Shown piece by piece: positions 41,117 to 57,202 of a stretch of 64,000 bases of DNA. Positions within the stretch are counted from its first letter, which is position 1. Every line of letters starts with the position of its first letter. The notes under the pieces are model-generated. The model was not told where the DNA came from. It searched no databases and saw nothing but the letters and a program-made list of their open reading frames with translations. Location of the stretch: assembly GCF_009914755.1 (NCBI RefSeq), contig NC_060930.1; one strand, written 5' to 3'. Origin of the DNA: the human T2T-CHM13v2.0 reference genome, Homo sapiens. A program made the position numbers and the translations under genes.

Positions 41117-41700
41117 GTACCCTCACACCTAGCTGATAATGCATTTTCCCTAATGCTTATATAAAGCAGTTAACTTACTTTTGTATTTTTAGTTTCGTAT
41201 CATTTATTTCTGCTCTCATCTTGGCTAGCAAGGACTGAACATTCCATATTTCCATGCTGGCCTCCTATTTCACTCACATCATCTCCCCAGGACAATTGTC
41301 TTCTCTAGGATGTTCCTGTTGATCAATTGTAGGTGCAAAGTCACCCTCATATTTGCACCTATATTTCCTATGGGTTTAACATATGCATATGTAAAGAGGA
41401 CAGCTTAAAATATATTCACATTATCTTAATTTCTACTGTCTCCAAGTCCGACTCCTTACCAAATCTGTAGACAGTCAGCTTCGGTCCCTTAAATTTAAAT
41501 GTAAATTCCTCTAAGATCATTTTCCCAGTTGCACAAGCTGAAGTAATAGTCTTTTGGGCCTGACTCATCCCATCCTCTCTGGACACAAAGAAGGGCAGAA
41601 AATGGATCTGGGAGAAAGCAAGTAGAACACAACCAACACAGACAGGGACAATTTTATCCCAATAGCATTCAAGGATGTTAAAGCCTAAAGAATGTCAACC

Positions 41701-41960
41701 AGCCGGGTGTAGTGGCCCATGTCTGTAATCCCAGCACTTTGGCAGGTCAAAGCAGGAGGATCGTTTGAGCCCAGGAGTTTGAAACTAGGCTAGGCAGCAT
41801 GATAAGACCCTTTCTCTACAAAAAATGTTTAAAAATTAAATGGGCATGGTCGTGCACAACTGTGATTCCAGCTATTCAGGACTGCTATTCAGCTGTTCAC
41901 GCCACCACACTCTAGCCTGGATGACAGAGTGAGACTCTGTCTCAAAACTTTTTTTAAAAA
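41701..41960 (+). mobile_element. Alu, AluJ-like, with internal right-arm deletion
   Basis: left arm intact; right arm jumps from CCAGCTATTCAGGA to CACGCCACCACACTCTAGCCTGG. Confidence 0.88.
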
Positions 41961-42339
41961 AGAGTATCAATTTTGCAAGGACATAAACTTTAGTATCTAT
42001 ATCCCCTGTCCATTTGATTCTGTTAAAAGCAATCCCTCAACTGCCCAGATTTAAGCATCATACCTCTTATTGCCTTGGTATTCTTTAATATCTTCAATCA
42101 CATTTTTTAAAACGTAATTTTCCATTTAATCTAGTTTTTCTCAATGAAAGGGTTCATAGGAATTATTTTGTCTGCCATGACCAAAAGAACACAATGCTTT
42201 ACAAATATATCCTTAAGTATGCACATACCCTTGTAAACCAGATCATGTTATTTGTGATTACGTGTTTTAAAAATCAATTTTAGTATGTAACATTTAGTGA
42301 TCAATCATATTATGTAACAAATCTTATTTATTTTTCTAA

Positions 42340-44660
<2,321 letters not shown>

Positions 44661-46150
44661 TTTTTGAAGAGTAGAGGGAGAAAAGTGTTATTTTATTTCA
44701 TTTCTTACTACACATAATAAGCACTAAATAAATATAAAATACAAATGCCCTCGTCAATTTTTTTGTTTATCTTGAAAAATAAACTTTTTTCTCATATTGC
44801 AAATGATAAGCTAGTTATAATAAGAATACCAGATCAAATATTCTGAAATAGATTTCCACTAAAGGATACTTGATTCCTTCATCATTGCCAGATATTTAAA
44901 CACTACCTACTGGCTCCAAATTTCTCCTCTTCAAGATAAAAGAAATGAATGTGAATCACCAGCTTTCAGGATAGTGCTTAAAATAAAACAGATTCCTATT
45001 AAAACAATTACAATAAGAAAACACTATGTAGTATAGTATAAAGTAAGTTAAAATGACATTTTAATGTTTTAACATTTTAATAACTCATATCTACTTTATA
45101 AAATATCATAGTATATGCTATCTGAAGGAGGAACCAATGTTAAATAGTATAAGTCTGTTAGACATAATTAGATTTAGATTCAGTGCTGGTTAAATTGACA
45201 AGTTTTATATTTCAAAGCTAACGGTTTTGATACCCATAGAGTTATTTGTGATTCCTTTCTGCTAAATGGGTTTGATATGGCAAACCATCCATGAGCTAAG
45301 GAATTTTTAATTGAGTAGTTTGTGTTTTCCCTTTGACAGATGGTGAGCACTTATCCAGATCCTCAAAATGTTCTGTGGTGGACACGTAACTACATACATG
45401 ATTTAGTAAATTATTGGAACATGATGATGTTTGATGGAATCTGTCTCTACCACCATAGATGACTCATGGAGAACTGAGCCATCACTGTGTGGCAGGTGCC
45501 CCCATACTCCACAAGAAAGGGAGAGCACGTGGCATCAGCTCTAGGGACAAGGACTGCATTCAGGCTCCCTGGGGTTCATGATGGGATATCAAAACCACAC
45601 TGGTTGCTATAGTAACAGTAGCAAGAAGAAAGCAGGCATGCTTGTGGATGAAAAATTATCTTCCTTCTTTCTAAATGTGGGAGGCAGGTTACATGTTTGT
45701 GATAGCGATCTATTCTACCAGCTCAGAGAACAAATTGAAGTCTAAATACTCAGAATGCCACAAGGTTGGGAGTCAGGCCTGATTCTCAGAAGCTAGCTGT
45801 CCACTTGTGAATATAAGGGAGAGGGATTTTGTTGACACCCTTTGTCTCCTGATGGGTTTTATAAGTTAGAGGACCAACGCAAGCACAGCTGTTACTTTCA
45901 GCATCACAAATCTGCTTTGCAGAGAACTGCTATATTAATATATCCACTTTCCAGATCATCTCACAAGCAAAAATGGTAAATGATTAGAAAGATATTTCCA
46001 GCTGTTTTCAAAACGGTTTGAGAAAATAAAGTCTTAATTTCTCAGGTAAGATCTCAGAGCAGACGAACCTGTGGTTCTGCCAGGGAATCTCTAAAGCTAA
46101 GCCATAAATGAGACTTCTGTTTAATCTTCAATAACCACTTGCTGTTGCAG

Positions 46151-46299
46151 GCCTATTATGTAATACTCCTCAACAGGGGCCGTCTGGAAGTGCATCTCTC
46201 CACAGGGGCACGAACAATGAGGAAAATTGTCATCAGACCAGAGCCGAATCTGTTTCATGATGGAAGAGAACATTCCGTTCATGTAGAGCGAACTAGAGG
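46151..46299 (+). CDS. LAMA2: LAMA2 exon 56 (149 nt): AYYVILLNRGRLEV...VERTRG
   Basis: ttgcag|GCC ... AGAGG|gtaaca; translated manually. Confidence 0.96.
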
Positions 46300-47705
46300 G
46301 TAACAATAGCACTAAAATATTTATTATTGTAACTCAGGTGAACTTCCTTTGCTAGCATCGGTATCTATCAGTATCTGCCTGAACCTCTGTGTGTGTGGAC
46401 ATACTATGCATTGCAAAAGGATACCGTAGCTTAATTCCCTCTTCTTTACTTTTCATACTTCGGGAACCTCATTTGCTTCAGCCCTTAGGAGTTCTACCCT
46501 TAACATTTTTATTCGTGCAGTTATCTACACCTTTGGAAAAACCAAATGCATTTTCTGAAGCTATAAATAAGAAAAATCCCTCCCTCTGCCCCTCTTAAAT
46601 ATTACCTCCTCAAATAAGGTATGCACACAGTGAAACTCACAAATCAGCTCCACTGGAGCCAGCAGGCTTTGGCGGTTTCTATCTCATTCAGGTTCCAAAG
46701 CAGTTATGGCAGCTGCTTAGCTGTCACAGATACAGAGTGTGGCAGCAGCTGCAGGACCTATTGAGCCTATTAAGTGCATATCTTGTCCCTGTCCCCCTTC
46801 CCAAGGTTTGCAGGGTCCCTGCAGAGTGGCTTTCTGAGGGAACAGAATCAAGGGAGGGGAGGAAAATGACTGCTGCCCTGAGCCTGGCCACCTTTTTACA
46901 AATCTACCAGAGTGCTTGCCCCAGCCCTGGGCCAGGGAATTGGCTTTACTCATGCACAAACTGATGACTTTCTTTAGAATGCTGCAATACTTTATACTTA
47001 CTTTATTAGGAAAGTCATCTGTATTTTTCATCAAAATATTGTATGACAACTCAGAGAGATAATTAGTTTAGAAGGACAATTAGAGAAAAAAGAAACAGAA
47101 GCCCAGAGACTTCAGGGGTTCAGACCTCCAAGCCAGCAATCCATTTATCAGACTGAAGACATAGAAAAGAACTGGAAATCCAATTTGATGAGGCCTCAAA
47201 ATACAGAGGATACTTTTAAATGCAACGAGTATGAATATGTAGCAGTAGTTCAGCCAAGCCAATACTATCCTGCAGTGAAAGACCTACATTTACTAATTAT
47301 CCTCTTGTGGAAAACATTTAGATAAGTAATAAAGATTTCTTACCTTCTAAGTAAACAACAAAGCTTTCCTCAGTTTTTATTATTATTATTATTAGGTAGA
47401 GGATTAGGCTGTAGGATGAATTGATACAAAGCATTCATGCAGAATGGCTACTGAGACGTTTAGAAACCATGATCGAGACAAATGAGGGATCATTTATTTG
47501 GACAAACTGAGAACTTTTACTAATCTAACAGCCAGATATTGTAGTCATGGTCTCTGAGGAGAAATGCAAACTGAATGCTCTCATTTGAATCTTAGAATGC
47601 TTTAGAATCCTGGTTTCACATGTCTTCTAGATTAGATGTTAGGCCCTTTGACAAACTTTAATCCTTTTCATTGCGGAAAGGACTTTTTAAAAGATTTAAA
47701 CTTTA

Positions 47706-48010
47706 GCCGGGCGTGGTGGCTCACACCTGTAATCCCAGCACTTTGGGAGGCCAAGGCAGGTGGATCATGAGGTCAGGAGTTCGAGACCAGCCTGGCCAAT
47801 ATGGTGAAACCCCGTCTCTACTAAAAATGCAAAAACATTAGCCAGACATGGTGGTAGGCGCCTGTAATCACAGCTACTCTGGAGGCTGAGGCAGGAGAAA
47901 TGCTTAAACCAGGGGGACAGAGGTTTCAGTGAGCCGAGATCGCACCACTGCACTCCAGCCTGGGCAACAGAGCAAGACTCCAACTCGGAAAAAACAAAAC
48001 AAAACAAAAA
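47706..48010 (+). mobile_element. Alu, AluS-like, with TSD
   Basis: TSD AAGATTTAAACTTTA / AACATTTAAACTTTA; (AAAAC)n tail. Confidence 0.95.
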
Positions 48011-49889
48011 CATTTAAACTTTAAGGAATTTCAATAAGTAACTGCAGATTTGAGAAATTAGTTTACCGAAATCACTCAAAATGTGTTATTTTGTTGAGAA
48101 AGAATTCTGGAATTCCCAAATGCATTACACTGTTGTACCACTATGTCCTTTTAACAGGTGCTTCTTCAAGAAGGGCATTTTATTATGCCAACTTCACAGC
48201 TGTTGACCATCAATCCAACCTTTATTTGATTAAGCTCAGTATATAGTACATCACTGGAAACCAGTCATTTAGTTAATTGGCCATATAAACAAACAGTTTT
48301 GCCATTCATTGTTAATTACAGGATAATATATGACATATTAGTGTGTAGTCACTGAACTCTGTGCCAAAACAGTAATACATTTGCTACCATAATGGCTCAT
48401 TCGGCACTCTAAGGTTAAAATGCAATCTACTCTATAAGCAAGTGCCACATTAAACTGATTGACCAGAGATCGCAAGTGACCATGAGAACTTCACCCAGAA
48501 AAAATTTTTAATGCTTTATATGCCTATTCTATGGCATGATTTGTGTCACATACTAGACAAAGATGATTTGTTTTCATTGTTCTGAATGTATGTGAGATCT
48601 GTAATAACATCCTTTCATCACAGATGAGAAAATATTAACTAACCTGCCCAAAATCATGTACTACAAATAACAGGACCAGGTATTAAATGAGATGATATAT
48701 TTGACTTAAATACCTCCATCTATGCACAGCCAATAGATTATTCTTACATTTTTGTGTGACCATAAAGGTTTATATTACTAAATGTTGATTATGATGTATG
48801 ATTATTAATTTGGAGATATTTGCATTATCCCAACACTTTTCAGATTTTCAGACTATGCATGTCAGTCATCATTTCTTTTCCTAAAATCCTGGACAAAATG
48901 ATAGCTTTAATACCGCCTCACAAAATAATTGGATTTTCACCAAACTGGGGGCCAAGCTTCTCAAGAAGCTCCTTCTCCCTTGTCCTCTGCCTCTCTTTAC
49001 TCCTCCTCCCTCATTCTCTCTCCCTTCCACCCCTTCATCTGGAAAAATCTCCCTTTAGTCACTTTGGTATCTAATTTCTTGGCACTCCAGTGACCTCTGC
49101 CTCCTATATCTGCTTTGTCCTCTGATCCTTCTCCTGGCATCCGCCTTGGTGGCCAGCAGTTCTTACTGGACAAAAACATCAAACCCTAAGAGCCTGAAGT
49201 AGTTACTTAAGCAAATAGGACAAGCAACTGAACTGATTTTTTCTTCTGGGAAAGCTTTCTTCACACAGGTACAGAAATAGGCTAAAGGTCAGGAAGTAGG
49301 GTGAGATATTTTAGGAGTCATTTGGGGTTTCCAGAATGAGATAAAGATTTTAACACTGAACCCTAAATATTTTCTTTCTTAACATCCAAAGTATGTTCAA
49401 ACAGAAAAAAGATTAGATTCTATTTATTATGTAAATTACAAACATTAGGACACATTTCTCTTAATATCTTCTTCCACGTATGCAATCCAACTGATATGGT
49501 TTAAAAAAAAATCTTAAACCCACATTCCAAACAAATAAGAAATAGGGTATAAGTAATCAGGTAATTATGAAACTCTAAGAATCAGCCATTGAAACTGTAA
49601 AAAAAAAAATAAAGCTGACCTATTACAATACTAAAGTAATACAAAGTTTAATGTACCTTTTTGCACATAGCAGGCCTCAGTAAAAAGCTGTTAAATAAAT
49701 ACTTTTTAAAAATGGAAAACACACCAGAATCATAATGGACATATTGGCAATGTCCTTCTCAATAAAAACTAAAGAAATGATCTAGATTTGATGTTCCTAA
49801 AAGGTAAAATAGGAGCAGGATTTAGCTGTAGTTTTCTAGCAATGCCCTTTTTAAGTAATACAGCCTCAGGGCAATCCCTTAATTAATAT

Positions 49890-50050
49890 TTTCCGCTGTT
49901 TGAAGTAGGTATTTTTATCTCCATCTTATAAATGAATGAAATGGACCTGAGCATGATTAAATAACTTGCCCAAGGTCACACAGCTAGTAAGCTTCCACAC
50001 TAGTACTTAATTCCAGTATGTTCCTCCTGAAAGCCCACACTCATTCTCCA
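49890..50050. mobile_element. MIR
   Basis: core TTAAATAACTTGCCCAAGGTCACACAGCTAGTAAG. Confidence 0.8.
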
Positions 50051-51568
50051 TCACCACCCTGTGAATTGGTTTAAAAAAAATAAGGGTCACTATGATGGTC
50101 CTTGTGGCAGAACCACACTACAGAGAGAGGCTACACCAGAAAGAGGAAGGCCTCTAGCTTTTTAAAATTCTAATCAAGAACAGAGATTTACTCTCCTTGG
50201 ACAATCTTTAACAGAGGCTTATATCCTTCATTAAAACCTTAGAAGCCCTGTGATATCATGTTGCTAAGAAGAGGCTGCTTTCAGCTAAAGGGGAAAAAGA
50301 GTGTAGGGGAGGGGCTTCTCAGTGAGTCACACATACCCGGAAGTGAGTGGTTTTCTGAAATTCTCGTCTCAGGAAACCACCGACACTCTTAGCAAGGAAG
50401 CTGAACCTCCTGGGTTTTGCCAACACATTTTTCCATAGTTTGGTAAAGAAAGAAACCTCAAAAGTATGTCATTTCCCCCTATTTTCTCTTTGAAACTAAA
50501 TTTTACCGGTCCCTTCTTCACCCCCTTAACAGTGACGTTTTTGAGCCACAGCGAAATCCATTTTTTGTCCCTTTCTCTTACTTTTGAATTATCTTACTTG
50601 TAAAGTGCCAATTCAGAGCATCTTTACCCTGGCTTATTGTTTTTTCCAGTTCTACATGTGGTTTTACTTCTTTATAAAGTCAAGTAAGAGGGTACTTTAG
50701 GACTGAGGTTTCCATCCAAGTACTCCGGTTTTCTCTCCAGATATGAAGTAAGTTTTCAGTAATCCATTCATGATCCCCAGGCTAGTGACTAATGCTTATG
50801 ACTAATAGCACCATGATGACTGTTAAGACCGAAACTCAAAACTTGCTTCCGGAACAAAAGAGAAAATGCCTTTGGTCATTTTCATCAGAACTCTTTGTCT
50901 CCTTCTGATTCTTGGCCCAGGGATCCAAGGATTGTTGTAAATAAGTAGCATGAGGTTCTCAATTAGCAGTGTGTGAGTTCTCTCTCATAAGCAAATTAGG
51001 AAAATTAATGAAACAGCCACTAAGGAAAATCATTGCAAGGAACAATTAGCAGGGTGTCCTTGCCTGCCTCTTCTATTCAAAAGCCATCAGCTACATTCTT
51101 TATAAAAGGTGCTTTAAGTGTTTGCTGTTGATTCCTGCAATCTAAGCTCTCAGGAGCATGGTTTGTTCCCTAGCAAGAAGATAATAGCCAGCACAACCCA
51201 AGGAAGACCCCATGCTTTGCTAAACCTGCCAACCCTTATACGGTTAGACATTACTGCACACTGCAGAAGCCTCAGTTCTCACAGGCTCATGTGTTGGGCT
51301 GCACAGCGCTGTTGTCAGCTCTACAAGAGGCTAATGTTGCAGTGCGCCATGACCTGGTTTCAGTAAACTTTCAGGAAGAGTGAACGAGGGAGTCATGGAA
51401 CGAGATCCTGAGAACAGCGTTTGCTTAGTGTAGAATTCCTAAGCATCCAATTTTGGCTCCCTTAAAAGCTATGGTTGAGAGGGGTGAAGGGTGGCAGGAA
51501 AGAATTTGATTTCCAACTGTATTGAATCAGATGTGACTTATACTTGTTTATTTTTAATATTTTATCAG

Positions 51569-51745
51569 CATCTTTACAGTTCAAGTGGATGAAAACAGAA
51601 GATACATGCAAAACCTGACAGTTGAACAGCCTATCGAAGTTAAAAAGCTTTTCGTTGGGGGTGCTCCACCTGAATTTCAACCTTCCCCACTCAGAAATAT
51701 TCCTCCTTTTGAAGGCTGCATATGGAATCTTGTTATTAACTCTGT
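51569..51745 (+). CDS. LAMA2: LAMA2 exon 57 (177 nt): IFTVQVDENRR...WNLVINSV
   Basis: tatcag|CAT ... TCTGT|gtaagt; translated manually. Confidence 0.96.
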
Positions 51746-51982
51746 GTAAGTGGATCTCCTCATTACTACTACTAATTTTTTATTTTTATTTCTTGCTATT
51801 AGGGGTCCCAATGCATCTACATTGTCTACAGCTATGCAGGGGAGGAGGGAAACAATGAGGATCTTCAACTTAGACTGAGAAAAGCACACTAATGGACTTA
51901 AAAAGGCATGCGGGGATTGGGCTTAATTGTAAGGAAGCAAAAAAACGAAAATAAAAAAATCTTATTTATTACATTCTATTAG

Positions 51983-52151
51983 CCCCATGGACTTTGCAAG
52001 GCCTGTGTCCTTCAAAAATGCTGACATTGGTCGCTGTGCCCATCAGAAACTCCGTGAAGATGAAGATGGAGCAGCTCCAGCTGAAATAGTTATCCAGCCT
52101 GAGCCAGTTCCCACCCCAGCCTTTCCTACGCCCACCCCAGTTCTGACACAT
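51983..52151 (+). CDS. LAMA2: LAMA2 exon 58 (169 nt), end of LG3 plus Pro/Thr-rich hinge: PMDFARPV...PTPTPVLTH
   Basis: tattag|CCC ... CAT|gtaagt; ORF 51987..52184. Confidence 0.97.
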
Positions 52152-52539
52152 GTAAGTGTTTATATTATCCCCATTGCTTTCTAATTTTTACCCAGTATTC
52201 TGAGTCATTTCAGAAGGAAGATTATTCAGGATATCTAGTACACTCTGATATTAGAATTGAAAGAAATATAACCTATCTAAACCTATTCTTACATCTTCAT
52301 TGAATGACTTACCTATATTTCCATCTTCAATTTTGTTTACAAAACAGTACATTTTCAGTTGAAATGTTGGAAAACACAGAAATATCCAGAATCATGAATA
52401 AAAGACACTTATAATACCATGACAGAGGCAACCATGTTGGTTTCCAGGCCCTTTTATCTGCATAGTAGATGTCCTACCTTGTATACAATTTGGTGTCCTG
52501 TTTTTAGAAACTAGTAATACACCACTAAAACTGTTTCTA

Positions 52540-52900
<361 letters not shown>

Positions 52901-52954
52901 TTAAGTATATATACACACAGAGACACACAACTATTTTATAGTATTGGAGGTCAT

Positions 52955-53280
52955 ATAGCCTTGATTAGAGCATGGGCTCAAGTCAGACTGCTGGTATTCA
53001 AATCCCAGCACTGTAACCGACCATCTGTGTGAATTTGGGAAAGCTACCTGTCCAATCTATTTCTCAGTTTCCCATCCAAGTACTAACCGGGCCCAACCCT
53101 GCTTAGCTTTTGAGATCAGAAAAGATCGGATGCTTTCAGGGTGATTTGGCCATAGACTATTTCTGTTTCCTCATCTGTCAAATGAGGATATTAACAGCAC
53201 AGACATCAAAGACTTTGTATCAGAGTTTTAAAAGATAATGTTTGTTCAATGACTCACATATACTGAACGTTTAATAAATG
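52955..53280. mobile_element. MIR hosting the 5S insertion
   Basis: GATTAGAGCATGGGCTC...TTCAAATCCCAGC...TGTGTGAATTTGGG | GTTTCCTCATCTGTCAAATGAGGATA. Confidence 0.75.
53067..53157 (-). pseudogene. 5S rRNA pseudogene, nt 1-91 only, no poly(A) tail
   Basis: reverse complement GTCTATGGCCAAATCACCCTGAAAGCATCCGATC...AAGCTAAGCAGGGTTGGGCCCGGTTAGTACTTGGATGGGAAAC; about 78/91 ungapped identity to human 5S rRNA as I recall it. Confidence 0.95.
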
Positions 53281-55819
53281 GCATAAGTACTATGTAGTAA
53301 TGATAATAATGAGTACTTTCACCAGCCCAGGGCTAAACAATTTTCATTCAATATTATATGTAATTCTCATAACGGCTCTGTAAAATATAGTCTTTCTACT
53401 TTTAGTCGAGTTAATAAGAATTAGCTATCTTAAGCAACCAACCCACTCACACCACTAGTAAAAGGCAGAGTAAGAATTTTATTCTAGCGAGTCAGACTCC
53501 AAAGTCTGACTCCTTATCTCTGGAACACTCTGCCTTTCCAATTTATTCTACTTTTAATAGACCATGGTAGGCTATTGAGAGTGTTTCCAGTTTTTCACTA
53601 TTAGAAACTATACTCTGATGAGCTCCTCTATGCATCAAGCTTTTTCATTATTTCCAGTTATTCTTAAAATAGATAAGTAGTTAGGAAATTATAAGGCCAA
53701 AAGATGAATATGTCTAAGGTTTTCAATACACATACCTGAATTGTTTCTTCCACAGGCTATGCCAATTTACATTCTTATCACCAATACAACAAAGATGGTC
53801 ACAGTCACTACACTCTTTACAGCTCATGTGTTGTGGTTATATTCCATACCAGTAATGGGTGGGCAATGTTGTCTTGAGTGCAGATCTTGAAAACTCTTGA
53901 ATATCTCATTCTCTTCCTTAGTGTCCACGATGGAATTGGTTGAGCAATGTGCTCCTTGCACTAGAAATAGTTATTCAATGAGAGGCCAGATAACCATCAT
54001 TCAAGAAAACTGGTTATTTACTCCAAGCATCCTTTCATCCTTTGTAAAATAGAGATATTTCATCTATCTTGCCTACAACATAGAGTTATGAAAAATCAAA
54101 TGGGATAATGTATGCGGAAGTTATCTGAAAACTGGAAAAAGCATACCCACATAGACACTCTGAGGAATCCCTGCATTTAGTGAATAACTACTATGTGTCC
54201 AGTACTCTGCCAGGCATTTCATATCTGTTATTTCATTTTATTCCCACCCTATTGTTTTATTTACATTTATTTATATTGCCAGAAGTATTATATTTCACAA
54301 AGGAAAATACCTAAGATCACACAGCTAGCAAGTGGAAAGCTGTCAGTCATGGGGGGTTAGTTCCAGGAGTTGATTTCATCCTAAAGCATTCCTGAGATCT
54401 GCCACATGGATTTCAGAATGTTTCCTCAGCTCTTTCATAATTCAGCCACAGGTTAGATCTTTGCTTAGCAAAGGTAAGGTTAATGATCCTCCTCTTCACC
54501 CTCATATACCTGAAAATCATGTGTTTCTCAGACTCATAAACATGTTTTCAGTTGAAGAATTAGAAAACATCATGAGTTGAATAAACTTTTTTGACCTTGG
54601 ATCCTAATGTCCACTTATAAAAATGTTTCTAGGAGAAAACAGCCTAATTTCTAAATGACTAACTTAAAATTATAAACTAAAATTGGCAAGAGCCCTAAAG
54701 ATCATCTGGTCCAATCACCATCTTAATGCATGGGTTCCTTTTACATGATACTTACAGCCTTTGCTTGAACATTTCATTGACAAGATTTTCCAGTGTTATG
54801 ACAAGGCAGGCTCGAGTTGTTAGAAAGCCATCGGTTACATTAAGTTAAAACTGAGTCCCTAAAACTTCTATGTAATGATTGTATTTCTATAGGCAAACAC
54901 ATTACATTTATGTGTCCTCTGTCTAACATCCCTTCAATAATTTGAAAATAGCTAAGTCTTCTCCTTCCCTAGGCTAACCATTTCCCTAGCTTAGGTATTC
55001 TTTGTATTATCTCATTTCTAATTACTATCCCCTCCATGATCAGTATTCTTAAATTTGAAATATTCCCTTCATAATATGGCACCTACTGCTCAAAAGGAAG
55101 TCACCAGCTCAGGGGACAGTGTGACCCCTCCCTCCCTTAATTGTTACCATATTTCTATTAATGCACCTAAGAATGTTTTAATGTTTTTAATAGATATATC
55201 ATGCTACTAATTCCAAATCGGGTACCATATTCAATCAAGCAGAACCTCATGGACCTTCTTCTCTACCACTAGAACATCCTCCAGGCAGGTCTCTCAGCCT
55301 GTGCTGGTTTGGATTTTTAGGGATAACCCTGCCAGCCTCCATGGATCACCTTACTTTTCTAAGTACTTACACAAACTGCATTTTATAGGGCCTCTCAAGC
55401 ACATTTTTCTGTGGTATTTAGAGATCACACTTTTTCCTTTTTTCTCAAAATAAAGATACTTGCCCATCTGGGAATGGAGATTTTTACTCATTTAAGGTTC
55501 TTTTTTTTTTTTATAACCTTCTGTTCTAATTTCGATTTCCATTTCCTCTCAGCAGTGTATGTTTTAACTTTTCCGAAAACAGAGCATTCCACTTAGTAGA
55601 TGAGACAGAAGCAAAAAGTTGAGTAGCATGCCAAATTGGTTGGTTTAGAAAGAATCACAGAACATTAGAGCTAGAAGACACCCTAAAGATTCCAACTCTT
55701 AACTTGCACATGAGGAAAGAAAGCCCTCAAACTTACAGCATGGCCCAGGGGGTTACACACATGAGCGATAGTTGGCACTAAAACCCAGATATCTAAATTC
55801 CAACTGCTATTTCACCTTC

Positions 55820-56133
<314 letters not shown>

Positions 56134-56919
56134 TATTTCCCCTTCTTTTGCACATTATAATTAGTTATGACTGTGTGGTCAGAATTAGATTTTTTAGAAC
56201 TTTCCATCTCTATTAATTGTATTATATTTTAGAAATCAGATCATGAAGCCACACATATCTTCTGTTTTAATTTGTTTCCTTTCTTATGTTCTTTTTGTGT
56301 GTGTAGGGGGAAAAGGGTGTCTTCTTTTTAAAGGTTACTAAAAGTTAAAAGTTTTACAGTTTATTTTGTAACAAATATTTATTAAGCACCTACTAAGTGC
56401 AAAGATGAATACGATATTATCATTGCTAGTCAGAGAAAAAGAGGGAGAGTTGCTTTTTCTGCCATAGCCCTCCCACTTTTATTCCATGAATTCTGGCAGG
56501 TTACTTGTCCCTTCTAAATGTAAAATAATTAATGGACAAATAAGGATAATAATATCTTCCTTCTAGGATTACTATTATGAGGGAATAAGTTATACATTTT
56601 ATGCAAAGCACCTAGCACCATGCTTGGCTCAAAGTAACATTCCATCTCTCTATTTATTCTTTTGTTAGTTTAACTTTAACTTCTGTGTTTCTTTAACTTA
56701 ATTATTCTAGTTAGTTTAACTTTTCACATTTTTAGGGTGGGTGGCAGGTGCTGGAAAAAAAGGGATGTGGTGAGTATTCAATTTTTAAGCAATTCCAAAC
56801 CCTTTTATTGGTTTGATATGTAATGATGATATATACATTGTAATGATGTGGTTATTAAATAAGTCCTCTATAATTTTCACTTCTCACCATTTTCCATTTT
56901 TGTATCAGAATTTAGATTC

Positions 56920-57202
56920 TTTATTTTTTTTTTCTTGCTCTGTCACCCAGGCTGGTGTGCAGTGGCGCAATCATGGCTTACTGCAGCCTTAACCTCCCAG
57001 GCTCAGGCGATCCTCATGCCTCAGCCTCCTGAGTAGCTGGGACTGCAGGTGCATTCCACCATGCCCGGCTAATTTTTGTATTTTTAATAGAGATGGGATT
57101 TCACCATGTTGGCCAGGCTGGTCTCGAACTCTTGGGAAGTGATCCACCTGCCTCAGCCTGCCAAAGTGTTGAGATTACAGGCATAAGCCACCACGCCTGG
57201 CC
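56920..57202 (-). mobile_element. Alu (old J/S type) with TSD
   Basis: TSD CAGAATTTAG on both sides. Confidence 0.93.
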
